A stretch of 64,000 bases of DNA from Tubiluchus corallicola. Its lineage: Eukaryota > Animalia > Priapulida. The stretch covers positions 372,001-436,000 of the forward strand of contig JAQGDQ010000100.1 of the NCBI GenBank assembly GCA_030141605.1, in the 5' to 3' direction. Below the pieces are notes generated by a model. The model ran no database searches. It was given only the letters and a program-made list of their open reading frames with translations, and was not told the origin of the DNA. Of the stretch, positions 14,190 through 28,900 are shown piece after piece. A program made the position numbers and the translations under genes. The number at the start of each line of letters is the position of its first letter. Positions within the stretch are counted from its first letter, which is position 1.

Positions 14190-16689
14190 TTATTATAATA
14201 ATAATAAATCTTTATTAAAGAAATGAATATATATACACAAAGGTGCCTCTTTTTGCAGGCTCAGATCAACAAATTACATTTTCACATAACAAATCTTTTA
14301 AATCCAGTTTCACACTATGTACAACGAATAACATTTTATACTTAAATTAGATATAATTTCAAACGAATCACAAGTATTATACAAACAAATTAACTTTACA
14401 CAACTACATAATTTGTTTTTTTTATACTGGAGCGGGCCTAAATTAACAGTTACTTAGTATAAAATTGTCCCTGATCAGGTTAGTGAAAGCCATTATTAAA
14501 TTTTTATCAGATTGAAGCATAATATTACGTGTATAATTGGCATCAGCTATTTCCATGAACGGCATTCTTTTTGCATTATCTATTTTATTACATCTGAATA
14601 AAATGTGCTGAGGAGTTTGCTCTTCTTCTCCACATGGACATAAACTAGTATCACACATATTAAGTCTATACAAAAAGCTGTTAAAATTCCCCTGACCAGT
14701 TAAAAAGGACATGGCAATGGATTCTATTTTCCTTTCATTATTTCCAAGCGGCAAATTTAAGGGTGTACATTTTATATTCTGTATTTCAACATTATCTCCT
14801 CGAAATTGCATAACATGCCTATATTTAGTTGCCCAGGTATAAGAAACATAATCTGTAATTTGACGTTTGGTATAAATTAACATATTTTCAGGAATTTGTT
14901 CAAGATCTGTATTACGAAAGTTTTCATTCCAGACCAATTTTAAAAAGTTTCTCACAGTCTGCACATTTGTATACATAATATTTTTATAAATATGTCTTCC
15001 TGTCAGACGTGTACTACCATACCGCAGAATCTGTTGTTTTACTAAATCATTAGCGCTCTGACATAATGTCTTAAGACATGATTTAACCACAATTACATTT
15101 AGTTCAATGTCTAACGGTGGAAGACCACAAAGTAATTCCAATTTAGTACGATCTGGTTTAAAAGCCAACCCCGCAGAAACTTTCATTATATCATAGGTTA
15201 TATCTTCAAATACAGTAAGTTTTTTACCTAACCATACAATAGCACCATACAGTATAATCGGCAAAATAGTAGTTTTATAAATATTTACAATGGTAGCAAG
15301 TCGCAAACCTGCATATTTACTGCAATTGTTTTTTACTTTCAACCATCTATACCATACCTTTTTATGAACATTGCCCGCGTGTTTAACAAATGTTAATTTC
15401 CGATCAACAGTTAGGCCTAATATTTTGCTGTCTTCAACAAACAATATTTCATTGTTACTAATTTTTAAATTGTCTGGCTTGTTATTTTCATCCCATGCCC
15501 CTACTAGCAATGCTTCTGTCTTACCAGGTAACGTATTTATCTTTAAACGCCATTTCTGGCACCATTTGTGAAGCACATCACAACAGCTTTGTGCAATTGT
15601 AACACAAGTTTGCGGGTCTGTATTTGACACATGCAAAGATCCATCATCAACATACTTGTACTTTTTAACAGAGTCATGCATATTATAAAACATATCTACA
15701 ATGAAAAATATAAACAGTATTGGGGCTATAACTGACCCCTGTGGGAGTCCTAAATTGCATCGATATTGATCGGACATATAATCATTTATCTTTATGCAGA
15801 TATTGCGATTTTGTAATATATATGCTATAAGGCGTAGCATAGACCCTCGTACATTTGCACAAATAAGTTTAAATAATAAACCTTCAACCCAAACACTGTC
15901 GAACGCTTTTTCGTAATCACAGCAAATTGTTATACCGTATGCATTATTCAAAATGTCGTCTTCCATATCAGTAACTAATCTGGTTAAATAACGTACTGTA
16001 TTTTTGCCTTTTATGAAGCCTTCTTGCTCTGTATCAATGCAGTTTAACTGAAAGAAATGATTTTTAAGTCTATTTGATATTAAACGCTCAACAAGTTTAC
16101 CTACATACGAAGAAATGGTTATTGGACGATAATTACTGGCATTTGAATAATCGATTTTGTTAGGTTTTTTTAGTGGAATTACTTTCGTGCACGTCCAAGG
16201 CCATAATTGATTTTCTAAGCACATATTTGCGATACGTAATACAATATTTTTTGCTACTGGCCCAAAATGTTTTATCATTTTTGGGTGAAACCCATCGGAG
16301 TCAAGCGACTTGCCTTCAGTTCGCACTTCACTTACTGCATTTTCTAATTCTTGTAAATTAAACCAGTTATTTAGACAAAAATTTTCGTTTTGTTCCCAGT
16401 CCATAACTGATAATGAGCGTTCAATGTGATTTTTCCAGTTTTCATCAAATTCTTCCGCGTTCATGTGTTCCCCACTAAAAAAAGTCTTATATAATAAATC
16501 AGCACTATCCGAGGCCGAGACTACAGGTGAGCCATTACTAATTAATATATCAACACTATTATTATTATTGCTATTTACACCTTTAAAAATTTGTTTATAT
16601 GTTTTCCAGAAGATGTCACCTTTTTCTACATTTAGTTTTTCTGTCTTGCTCTGTAGCCATCTATTCATAGCACTACTAAGTTCACTAGA

Positions 16690-16692
<3 letters not shown>
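14186..16692 (-). mobile_element. 5'-truncated non-LTR retrotransposon (RT + C-terminal CCHC; I/R1-like), inserted in (GA)n
   Basis: About 750 open codons from about 16690 to 14443 with RT motifs YRPITISS, QEGF, DYEKAFDSV, GLPQGS, YVDD and C-terminal LTGQG...CPCGEEEQTPQHILFRC. The 3' UTR has AATAAA and a TTA/TAA tail. (GA)n tracts flank both ends. No endonuclease domain is retained. Confidence 0.93.
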
Positions 16693-16742
<50 letters not shown>

Positions 16743-16751
16743 GGGAGAGTG

Positions 16752-16805
<54 letters not shown>
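16693..16805. repeat. (GA)n microsatellite, right flank of LINE
   Basis: Directly visible, interrupted near 16741-16753. Confidence 0.98.
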
Positions 16806-16809
<4 letters not shown>

Positions 16810-17667
16810 AGACAGACGGAAGCAAGCTCGCACTGGGTTATATGTAACTTGGATTAACTGAGGATATGAAACCAGCAGCCTGAAACGGAGTCAGAACCCA
16901 GGATCAAAATTAGTATTAATTATAACTACCACCACGAGAACAAAATTTGGGATGCTGTTTATTAGGTGCCAGTGACACAAATTGCAATGTGCAATTTGAT
17001 GTGTTTATCTTGGTACTTGTTGAACGAATTTCATTCCTTATCTTTCAATCATTACAATGTGGATAAATAAAATCAGAAACTCAAACCTGCTCCATGGGGA
17101 AACAGGCGATCATAGCGGACCTTGTCCACTTGACGCCAAGTTATAGGATTACTTCTTTTATGTCATGTCATTAGGGCCCCTAGGGGTGCCCTAGCAATGG
17201 GCCGGGCATGCGGGCAGGACAGGTAACGGGTTGCACCAACCATCCTTGTTGGTTTTTATAATTACAGGCATGGTGGATTAACGTTAACTGCGGATTAGCC
17301 ATAAACAGGGATTAGGTTAAGCTGACAAAGGTGAATAAAGGTCGGGTAACAGAGCTTGTCTTCTATCTCAACAAAATGTGGAAGTGTTGAAATACGGCGA
17401 GGCAAGATGAATAGAACGCAAGTCTGTTCCTATTTTGCTATTCTAAATTGTAGGTGAATTTTTGGCTACAGACCCGCCGATTTGTTAACTGCAGACAAAC
17501 ATACATGGATTCTACTGTTGACAAAGAATAGCAAAATCCCAAACTTTCTGAAGTATCTCCAGTTAATACTGGAAGAAAAAGAACAGCTTGATAAATGTGT
17601 GTAAACAGTGGCAATTCATACGTTTGTACCTTTTAGCATTAATTTGACAAAATTAAAAATCAAAGAT

Positions 17668-18056
17668 CAGGGTTCCCACAGAATTGTAAAATAAAAAATT
17701 CCCTGACCAAATATTGATTTTCCATGACCAAGATAAGCAGAAATTGCGTTACCAGAATACATATTCAAACATTTTTGGTGTAACTGATATATAATGTGTC
17801 GACCAATGATTATTTTTGGAACAGAAATCGAAACTTGGAGCGTGCCATAGCAAAATTTTATTTGAACACGAATCGCCAAAAAATATTTTTCGAAGAATAT
17901 CGATTCACGGTGATTATTTTTGCAACCATTTCCAATTTCCCTGATTGTTCGCCCCATTTTCCCTAACTTTTTACCAAATCATCTTTTTCCCTGACTTTCC
18001 ACATAAACCTGTATTTTTAAGATGTCCAGGATTTTTCCCTGACCGTGGACACTCTG
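17668..18056. mobile_element. Non-autonomous DNA transposon (MITE) with 6-bp TSD
   Basis: AAAGAT|CAGGGTTCCCAC ... GTGGACACTCTG|AAAGAT. Internal repeated TTCCCTGAC motifs. Confidence 0.75.
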
Positions 18057-19973
18057 AAAGATGATTAATTTTTTATGTTTTATTTTTTATTGAAATTTAC
18101 TGTTGCTTATTGCATCTGCCATGAAAGCTTTTGGAAGATAAAGTAAGTTACATTTTATTTTGTTAAGTGGATTTTAGTTTTATATTCACTTATAAGACGA
18201 TACTGTAATTTAATACAGATAATATTAGATCAACATGTTTTCACTAGAATCCAGCAACCAGAATTCACAATGACAATATAAAAAGAAATGTCAATAACTT
18301 GAATAGTATCAAGTAATGTTGAGTTGGCTGTAACTGTAAATAATAATGAAAGTAATTTTGTCTTTAATAATACCATTCTCGCAAAATATTGTTATCTACC
18401 TTAAGATATGCATTAAAAATTGCATATTCCATTTATAAATAACATTTTAATCAAAAGAAAAACAGGCCATGGGATAACGTGATTGTTAAATTGACAATAT
18501 TCAAATGTGAGTTTCTAATAGAAAATGAGTACAGAATCTCTAAACCCAGCGAAAGATAAATGGTAAACACATATATACAATACAGACAATTCAAACTTAA
18601 AAAAAGAATCAAAATAATTTTAAAGTGATAGACAGACTTTATAAAAAAACAATATTTATACATAGAATAAATAAAAATATTTCCTAATACATTGTAAGGC
18701 CATTATACAATAGCAAGTATAAACTACGATAAAACATGTTTATCTGTCAAATATAGTATGGAGCATATGATAAAATTTGTGCTATATTGTCAATATCAAC
18801 GTACAGTAAACAATTAACGGCACATTCTCTTTTCACTTTTACTCATTTTCCAGTGGCAAATGCCTCCAAAATTGTAAAACATACTTCGCAGAAATAACCA
18901 CCAGAATGGAATGGTGAAAGTCACATCAAATAAAGTACAACATTAGCTATTCTATTCAAGTCAATTTTGAATGACCAATAATAAAATGATGAACTATTTT
19001 CTGTCATAATACAGGTTTAGTTAATTCTACTTGGATGCTAGATTAATAATCTTCAAGTCACACATGATTTACACAGCAAGCCAGCATGAAAATTGCTGGT
19101 AGTTGTACTTGTGTGTATTCTTAGGCTTTTGTCTACACTTCACAGCAATAATGAGAGTAATTAATTAGTTACTAAACACAAAACTGCAAGAGGCTTTCAA
19201 CTAGCAATGGAATGACTTTTTTGGTTTTCAGCTAAAATGTAATTTGGGCAACCAATTTAGTACCAGGTGGGACAGATTATAATGGGATAACAAAGGCAGG
19301 AAATACAAGGTCAAAATATCTCAGACTTTTCAACAGTAATGTAATTCAAGGCAATAAGCAAATCATATTTTTAGCAGCAAAAATTTAAAGGATCTGCCGA
19401 AAGTGTACCATCCACAAACATGCAGACGACACATTTCGCACTACATTTCTTGACAGAAGAAACAATTTCAAGTTCATTATCACTAGTGTGCCTTCTGTAG
19501 TCCAACACAATCTTGCTTATTCACTCAAATATACAACAATGTGATAAATGACATTCATTACAAACATAAGAAAAATATGATTATGCTTCAATTGCTGACT
19601 TGTTCTGTATGCTGATGATCTTTCACTCAGTCATACAAAACACACAGACTTAATAGTCCAGCAGGACGCTACACTACACAAATATTTAAATGTTATCATT
19701 TAAGCTTAAGTACGAGTTATCAACAGCCCCTTAAAATTGTACTAATTCCTATTAGTTTAAAGCTAATTTTTGTAGATGACAACAGCAGCACTGCAAACAG
19801 AGCATACTCAACACAACTAGATTTGCCACTGACAAGAAAAGAAAGCAAGAAAAGCTCGTATGTTCTCTCTGCATACAACCACAAGTTTACTCATTCACGA
19901 CCAATTTAGTTCAAAGTAGTGATGAGCTACAAATGTGAAATGCAAGTAGCATTAGACTTTTGTGTATTGTCCA

Positions 19974-22900
19974 TCATGTAGATTTCATTGAATTTTTTAT
20001 CTCTTTAAGCAGCATTGAACCTATCACCATTTTTTCGCAGTTCACAGTTATAGTCAGCTTATCCTTGCTGGCACCCACAGATACCAGAACTAGTGACTCG
20101 CATGATAAAGTGCGCCCTGCAAACTTGTACAAATCAGCTACTGTTGACGGAACCTAAAGAAAAATTATACATGTATGCGCACATAATTGTGCAAGTTATA
20201 AAAACTGAACATATATGTACAGAAACAGTAGTGCAAAGCAAATGGTCTTGTACTATGTCAAACTGTCAGCAGAATTACAATTAATGGAGTTTTTGAGTGA
20301 ACAGATTAAGGTAGTACACATTTTTACACACCTTGTAGACATCTTAAACTCTTTGCTGATAACAAGTTCAATCAATTTTACCTGAATTACGTTAGCTGCC
20401 CCATAAATTTTCTGCTTTATCCATGATTCGCTATTCTGCTGAGTCTCAATCTGACTTGTGTTCTCATTCATTCCTTTAAGTTTTCCTGTAAATAGTAGCC
20501 ATACATCAAAACTGATTTGTAACACTGAATAAAGAAGAATGTTCTACTATATTTTAATAAATTTGGTCAATTTTGTTCAATGTTTTTCCACAAAAAAGGA
20601 CATATGGCAACTAAAATACTTTTTTATTACATAGTAAAAATTGAAACCAGGAGTAATCAACTTAGGGAAATATAATTAATAAGGATTCTGAATGCAGCTT
20701 GCAAACTTGAACCTTCACTGTTTAGCAGTTATAAAGACAATAACCATCACAACATGTCATCACCATCCATTGTTACAAATGCCTTTTACAGGAGAATTTT
20801 TACAAAGGAAACTAGAAATTACTTGTGTGCTTGCAATTATTCAGTTGTGCATTTTGTATATTCTGTTGTGCATTATGTATATAAAGACAATAACCATCAC
20901 AACATGTCATCACCATCCATTGTTACAAATGCCTTTTACAGGAGAATTTTTACAAAGGAAACTAGAAATTACTTGTGTGCTTGCAATTATTCAGTTGTGC
21001 ATTTTGTATATTCTGTTGGTCATTATGTATATGACCTTGGGTAAAGCAGGTACAATCATCTGCATGAAAATCCAAGATTAATGTGGCTGAAATAACCCGG
21101 GTCATGATGGATAAGCATCTCTCTCATAATATAACCAGCGACAGGTCCATTAATTAAAAATATAACCCTTTAAGCTAACCTTGGTGCAGATTAAAGTCAG
21201 ATTCTGTAATAATTATAGGTAACAACTGCTCCCCCACTGGCGCTGGCAACGAAACACTGTGTGTTCTCTCCTGGGTTTTAATATCAAACACAGCTGGTTG
21301 CGTTGTGTCAGCATAGTCTATCCCAACTGTAACTGACTGTGTTTGATTTACTGGTAATGCATCTGCAAATATTAAAAATTCAACAAAGTAAATCCTTGTT
21401 TGACATGGTGCAAAAATTGAGCTTAATGGAAGTCTGTAGCAGTGTAAAGGCATATAAAATCTACAGCAAACATACCTATTTCAGGAAAGGCATGAATGTC
21501 CATACCAGGTTGAAGTTTCTGAAAAACACAAACAAAACATGAAAATATAAATCAAAAAATAGTTTTTGAGCTTTTAAGTCTATTTGAAAAAGCAAGGTGC
21601 ATTAAAGTAAAAACAAATCGTTCTGAGTGTAAAGTTCACTAGCTGGCCAATCAAAGTGAGCACCTTTTCAGAGAGGAAATAGTCAGGTGTTTATGTTTAG
21701 TTTTCAAGTGTAACTCTGAAAATACCTTCCAAATACAAAATGCAGGAAATGAAAATTCTATTTTGGGTATATAGAAATGCAGTCAAATAACATTTTGGCA
21801 TGTCAAAAACACAACTTCTAAATGTTTTACAATGTTTAATAATACGCAAAAAACTTGCATTTTATCTTGCTATCTTATTTTTTAATGTTGTACAGCAGTG
21901 TCTACTTAATATTCCTGATTAGAGGCAGGACTGGACGGATAACCCTCCAAGCTTAGATGAATGCAACCGCCTACATTGCGAGAAACAGCTGGAGGAAGTT
22001 TGGTAAAATGCTCAAAATCATTGCACTCCACTCATTTTTTTCTCTGTATCTCGAATATAAAATTAATGTCTGCAATTACAAATTAATTAAAGATCGTTAA
22101 AGTAAACCACATTATTTTTGTATTTAAGTTCCAAACGAGATAGTTAAAAATATTAGAACGTGAGAATAATGTAAAAAAAGAGTTAACTAGCAAACTTATG
22201 AACAAGTACAATACTCATGAGAGCATGGCAATTTCACATAAGTTTTTGCAGTCTTGTTACAGTTCAGTAGCATTTTTTATTAGTTCTCCCAAACAAGTCA
22301 TGATGGTATGATAGAATCAATTAAACTTACCAAAATTTATGAAATAAGTAACATATACAATGCAGATTTATTTGATCACATCTGTTTTTTCCTTAAATCA
22401 TAATGAGTGAGTTTGAATTATAATGATGGTCTCTATATTCATGGTAACACACCAAGACTACCTACTTATTAAGTTAATGCAGATTATTATTTTTATTTAT
22501 GTCACTAATGCAGTAAAAAAATGTAAGTCAAGACACAGTAGCATGCAAAATTGAATAAACTGATATACCAAACGGTTAATTTAGAAATGCAATTGAGATT
22601 TGAACCACTCTTCACATTTTGTGGAATAGTGCAACAAAGCGGCTTAAGAGCGACTTGAGTAAACATTTTTTTATAAACGTTTTTGTTATAAAAACATATT
22701 TATTTAAGATGAGAATGGCAGTGAAGCCTGTAGACTTAATTTAAATGTCATCTAAAAATTTTAACTTTTAGGAAATAGATCACAATCTAGGATTAAATGT
22801 ACCTTGTTGCCAACAGATATTTTCTTTATATCATTGTCACCGTTATTCGACATGGTCAACTCAACAGAAACCATTTTCCGTGAATAAATATTTAAATTGC

Positions 22901-25900
22901 GAGTAAATCGATAATTAATCGATAAACCATTTCCATGAATACGGTTTAACAGCTCACGAGTCTGGTTTGAAACAAATGCAGGAGCAGCAATCTAAAAAAG
23001 AACAAAAAAAATTGCAAATTAGGAGAATGACATATTAACTGAGCTAGTAAAGTCAAAGTATTTTATTCAGTTAATTCTTTGTCCATGCAATTTTTGCACA
23101 AGCAATTTTCTTGAGGTGTTATGTATTGCATTGATATACTACAGTCACTACACTAAGTTGAATATATAATGGATGGAATGATAATTATGCATATTTGATT
23201 AAAAGATAAAGGTGGAACTTAAAAGCAACAAAAGTACTTATTTTCAGTCAAGTGTACATTTTTACACAAACTGTAATACAGACAAGGTAAGACAACACGA
23301 AACTCATAACAGCAAATATTATACAACTTACAGACATTTGGAGAGCAGACGATTTTTCACTCAGAGCAGGAGTTGGAATTAAGTTTGTTGTTGGTTGTAA
23401 CAAATTACTTGTGGGAACACTTGGTGCTGCAAAGACACAAATGTTTTATGATAAACATTTTATTTTGATGAATTTTTGATCTTAATTCTAACAAATTTAT
23501 AATAAAACAGCTAGAAGCATAAACCTACTGTAATCATCTTAATTTCCTGGCAGGCCATCAAATTTTTCAAGAAGCTATTGGAAAATAGACAGCCATAGAA
23601 CATTTACATTAGTTGGGATGACAACAACTTCATTGATGATATTTCATCAATTGCTGGATAACCAGTATTAGGTTGCTGCAGTTCACTTTCTATTTGCTAA
23701 ACAAAAAACTAAAGATAAATATTAATTACTGATCTTACTATCATCAAAATCTAGCAAAAGTAATGATTCCTTTGCAGCTGCTGGTTTCTTGCCTTCTTTG
23801 CTTTGTTTTGCTTCTAATTTCTGCAAAAAACAAAAAACTTAGTTTTTGTATCAGCATTGTGATCAAATTACTTAGACATGCAAAGCTTTAAATAGATAGC
23901 CAGAGCCTGTTATTAGTTTTAAATTATAATAAAATCAAGACTATTAATGCACTAGAAGATAACATTACTGACTTTCATTGCAAACATTACATTACTACAA
24001 ACTGCTGAAAATAGATTTTAATCTATTAACAGAAAATGCTTAGCCAATTTAGATTGATTGCAAAAAACAGCTCTTAGATTTATAACATGGTTTACTGGTG
24101 TTTGGGTTATATTTTCAGATAGTTTAAGCCAGGGGTGTGCAAACTGCGACCGGCCATGACATCTTGTGCGGCCCGCGAAAAGGTTTGTCAACCTAATGAA
24201 AGTGAGGCCCGGGCGATGAATAGAGTCGCAAGTATCAGGAAGATATTTCCAGCTGAAGTTTGCGCCACGATCGCAAAGATAGTGCGGGCAGATTTTTTCC
24301 ACTAAATTGGATGGCATTAACCCTTACAAGACGGTTGTCACTTAATGTCACTGTCGGATATGACGAAATTTAACATTGCTCACTTGGAACACAAAAAAGC
24401 GATCAAATTCTAGGCTTCTATTATCGTGCCAGTTGATCGGCCCCATCGTCTTCTTGGTCATAGCAGGTAGATCATTTTCACTTGGTTATTTAACAAAATA
24501 TATTATAAATATATAAATTATACATAAAATTATAAAATAACCAAGTTAAAATGATCTACCTACTATGACTAAAAAGACGATTGGGCTATTTACTAATTTG
24601 TAAATAGCCAGCAAGCTGAAAAGTATGGTCATCCCCAATATAGAGGGATTCCCAGATTTTAGTTTCTACTTAAGCTCAATAGTATACGCCTCGATCAGTG
24701 GCTGTTTCATCGTTTCATTAGGTGCAGTGTTCTTATAGATAAGAAATGGATCAGAAAAAGAGAAAGATTGAAGAAGAACATTGAGTGTTTCAAGACAGAT
24801 TAAATGTACTGTACTACAGAAAATGCAATACACTGAACTGATATGCATTGTAATAAAATTACCACTACGTGACATAAAAGTTGAAATCTACAGTTTTCAA
24901 CGTAAATTTTTGTAACTTCTAAAACAGTTTTCTTGAGTGTAGAAGTAATGAAGTGTGAAGATCGAATGCAAAAACATCGTTATTAGGTCCTACTGTTCTT
25001 GGCTCCTTGACCAAACTGTACGTGGCCCTCAGAAATTGCGAGAAGGCTTAATGTGGCCTAGCTAGTCAGATAATTTGCACACCCCTGGTTTAAGCATATA
25101 CCTTCAACCAACTTAAAATTTATTTACCAATTTTTATATGTACTCTCAACTTGATATTTTCATTAACTTGTTGCATTTAATGCTATTAAGCATAAAAAAG
25201 AATTTGTCTAAGGTACCTTGCTAGGCTTAACTTCAGGCTCCGATTCATCTGATGATTCAGACTCTGATGTCGAAGAATATTCATCTGAACTTGAGGTGTC
25301 ACTCTCGCTGCTTTCTTTGTCGCCTTCAACTGATTTACCTTCTTCTTCCTCAGCAGATGATTCTGAACCACTCTCTGATACATCGCTGCTGGTCTCTCCA
25401 GAACTAGATTCAGATGTAGAGCCTATACAAGATTAATAATTGTATAATTCTTGCAAACAGGAGAATTAAGTTATTACTTAATGTCGAGCTTTTGTTATTA
25501 ATAAAAGACAAAGAGAAACTGAAGTATGTAGCTTAAAGCATGACTGGCCTTTTAAGTTTGCCAACATTTCGAAACCAAGACAATAAATATCAACGAAACT
25601 CCACCTACTGATTTTAACTCGTTGTGGAATTATTTGTATTATTATTGCATTGTTTCTTTATTACACAAAGACGAAATACATTTGCCATTTTATGCTCACA
25701 TTATAGCAAGTTACATTCAAACAGAAACTTGAGGCGTAGACAAAAACGTCTAGGTAAGCAAAGAGACAATTTGAATGTACAACCAACCTTCACTTTCACT
25801 TTCCTCTGTGTCTGAATAGAATGACTGCTTCTTCACCTTTCCACCTTTCTGAGAAGCACGCTTTGCTCTTAAACTAGATGACTCGTATTGAGGTATGACC

Positions 25901-28900
25901 GGCATCTCCACATTGCGTACCGTTGGATCTGGAGCTACCTCTGGCCAGTTGGGCAGTTCCTGATACCCTGTAGCTTTACTATTGATGAAATGAGATAGTG
26001 TACCCAGTTGAAACTGATCTCTATCTACAAAAATAGGTTAAAAGTAAAACTCTTTAGTTTTAGCCAAAACTTTTGTGACAAAAATAATAAACATGTAATA
26101 CTATTACTAGTTAAAATCCAAAATACAACATATTATAATTACAAAGTGGTCCATGCTGTACTATTACCAGTTAAAATTCAAAATACAACGTATTATAATT
26201 ACAAAGTGGTTACATTGAACTAATCACCTTTAAACTTGGAGTCCAGAACAGGTGCTGGCTTGCTGCTTAGAAAGATTTTCTTTGCATGTTTTGCAAGTGC
26301 TCCCGATTTTTCATTTGGAAAAGCCATTTGTCGGAGAAATCGTGCTCTATCACGAATATCATAGTTCTGATCGTACTTTGCAAGACTAAACACATACTGG
26401 CTCAGTAGCTGGGTTTGTTTTGGATTAGTCAAGTACATCTTGGTAGCAAGATTCAAGATCTGAAGCTTGACAATGTCAGTCTACATGATTAAAAACAAAA
26501 AATGTTTTTGCAATATGTACAAGATATAAAGATATAGTCTTATAAAAGCATAAGACTTAACATAATTGGAAAAAAATACAAAAATACAAATGTTTCATTT
26601 AAATTAACAAAAGTGGCAGAAAATATAACTATTGTGAAGGATGCTGCATGAGTTGTTTGATGTTGTCAGAATGCTGGAAAGACTCAATGGTGAGGTGTTC
26701 GTTTTCTTGACAGGAGACGCAGGCTTAATGCTACGTTTAGGTCATGCTAAATGCTTAAAAACTGAAGCCTTACTTTTTCAACTAAGTGCAAGAGTTTCTT
26801 AAAGTAACATTCATGCAATAATAATCATTGTTATACAAATGTAGACTGCTGATATAAATCGACAAAACAAGTTCTCAAGTTTATTACAGTTATTACTGAC
26901 CTAGAGACTGATTTTAAACAAAAATTATCATTATAATTGTTGAACTGCATTATTATTACTTAGCCATAATTGTATAATTCAGCAGTACTAATGCTATAGG
27001 TAATAATATACCTCATTTATGAAGCTCTTTGCAACCTTTCGTAACACGTCTGGAGCTATTTTTGGAACCCTTTCAGAATATTCTCCAATCAACCAAAGAA
27101 TGCTCGCCCGTGCCATTGGAACAGTAATCTTGTCTACCAACTTGGCCATATGGACAATGATGTCTTTGTGCTTTGAAGGCTCCATCTGTAGAAGCTTCCG
27201 GATAACAACAACGCTTTCTGCCACTACCGCTTCTGTAAACAAACAAAATTATATTAGAATTAAGTCTGATAAAACAAACACTGAAGATATGTTTAACATG
27301 AATTATGATTACTCATTTCTATCATACCATATCTACTGCTGCACATATCATCACGAATGTCATCAGTTTCTGATTTCACGTTTATGCTTCAACAAGATAG
27401 ATGCAGATTTTCCTCACAAGGCAAACCAATTTATAATTTAGGCTAATATTGTTACAGAATTTAATTTTACTAATACAAACTTACAGGGATCCTTATAACA
27501 ATCAACAAAATAACTAAATTTAATTTTGATTATTTGTTCCAACTCTCTTACATTTTGCAACGAAAAATGGGTAATGATCATTCAGATAACATACCATCAC
27601 GATTTGACATAAGACTCACAAGTCCGTTCATGCATGTGTCAGTGCAGTCTGATATAGCACTAGCACAACGTCCTATGGCTTCAATAGTAGCAGCAACAAA
27701 ATCCTTATCTGAACTTGTTACATACGTCTAAAAGTATAAGTACATTGACAATTACTTTATAATTAAAACAAAACATCAATCTAAACATTACTAATCATTT
27801 TGGTTATAAAAACTTTCCACAAATTCAAAAGAGTAATTTAAACTAAGATATACTTATGGTACCTTAAATGTTCCAGGATAAAATAAATTGTGTGAATTTT
27901 ATAAATTAAGAAACGTGTTATTTCAGCACTAATGCACAGCTCAGATGCTGTGGATTTCATGTAACATATTTACGTAGCTAGTGCAATAAATAACAATAAA
28001 TAATCCATACTTATTTATCTGCAAATATAATTTTGCAAGTTAAGCTTTCTCGATTATATGTAAATATTTTGAAAATTACAGTTTTGGAAGCATGCCACCA
28101 TCATCAACATCAATATCATCGTCATCATCATCAGCATCACTACTTATTTTGTATATAACATAAACAATGAAAGCATAGCTAGGTGTTTGTATACAAAGTT
28201 AAGGGAATTGACCTACCTTGCACATTAAGAGAAGGCTTGTAAGGGTACATACATTTAGACACTTAAAAATAAGAAGGGACCAATTAATAAAAGAAAGTTT
28301 ATCTATGTACCCCAACAAGCCTTCTCCTAATGTGGAAAATAGTTCAATTTCCTTAACTTTGTTTAAAATATACAGCTCATAAAACAAAAGCAATCTGTTG
28401 TAAAACCATTCGTGCTGAATGCCCAACACCATATGTCACTTACGTGAAATTCACGTAATATAATTCCAATACTGGCATCTGTGGCAAGATTTGTCAGAAT
28501 TTCTAGCTTCAGTAACTTTACTGGCGATGGGTCCATTGGTCGAACGAAAAAGCTCTTCAAGTATGGCTCAAACATGCTCTGTCAAAAAGTGATTCACTTT
28601 ATCTATTTATCTGTAACTGTGTTTATATTTATATATATATATATATATATTTATATACATATAAAATTTATCACTATTCAACAGTTTTTTACCTTACGAG
28701 ATTAATGTTGTTAGCTTCTATTAATACCATATCCAGTTCTTGTTACTGTAAGTTGGAAAAGCATTATAGGTAGCAGAGTGGTCAAGTGGCAAGAGACAAT
28801 GACTCTTCACTGGTTAGGACAGAATGACTATCCAATAAGCCAATAAACATGCTTAACCTAGCTATATAGTTCCACAAAGGTATACATCTTGGTCCTTGGA

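Noticed and set aside
16693-16833. N-terminal MRACF...SLSLSL of the 796-aa ORF
   Set aside because: Read-through of the flanking (TC)n tract and not part of the retrotransposon protein. The element is 5'-truncated at about 16692.
20692-21081. 129-aa and 96-aa ORFs with an internal repeat
   Set aside because: Produced by the 150-bp intronic tandem duplication, antisense to AP3B.
26681-26790. Possible tRNA-derived SINE head with a Meta-like domain
   Set aside because: Too degenerate to support by eye, with no tail or TSD identified.
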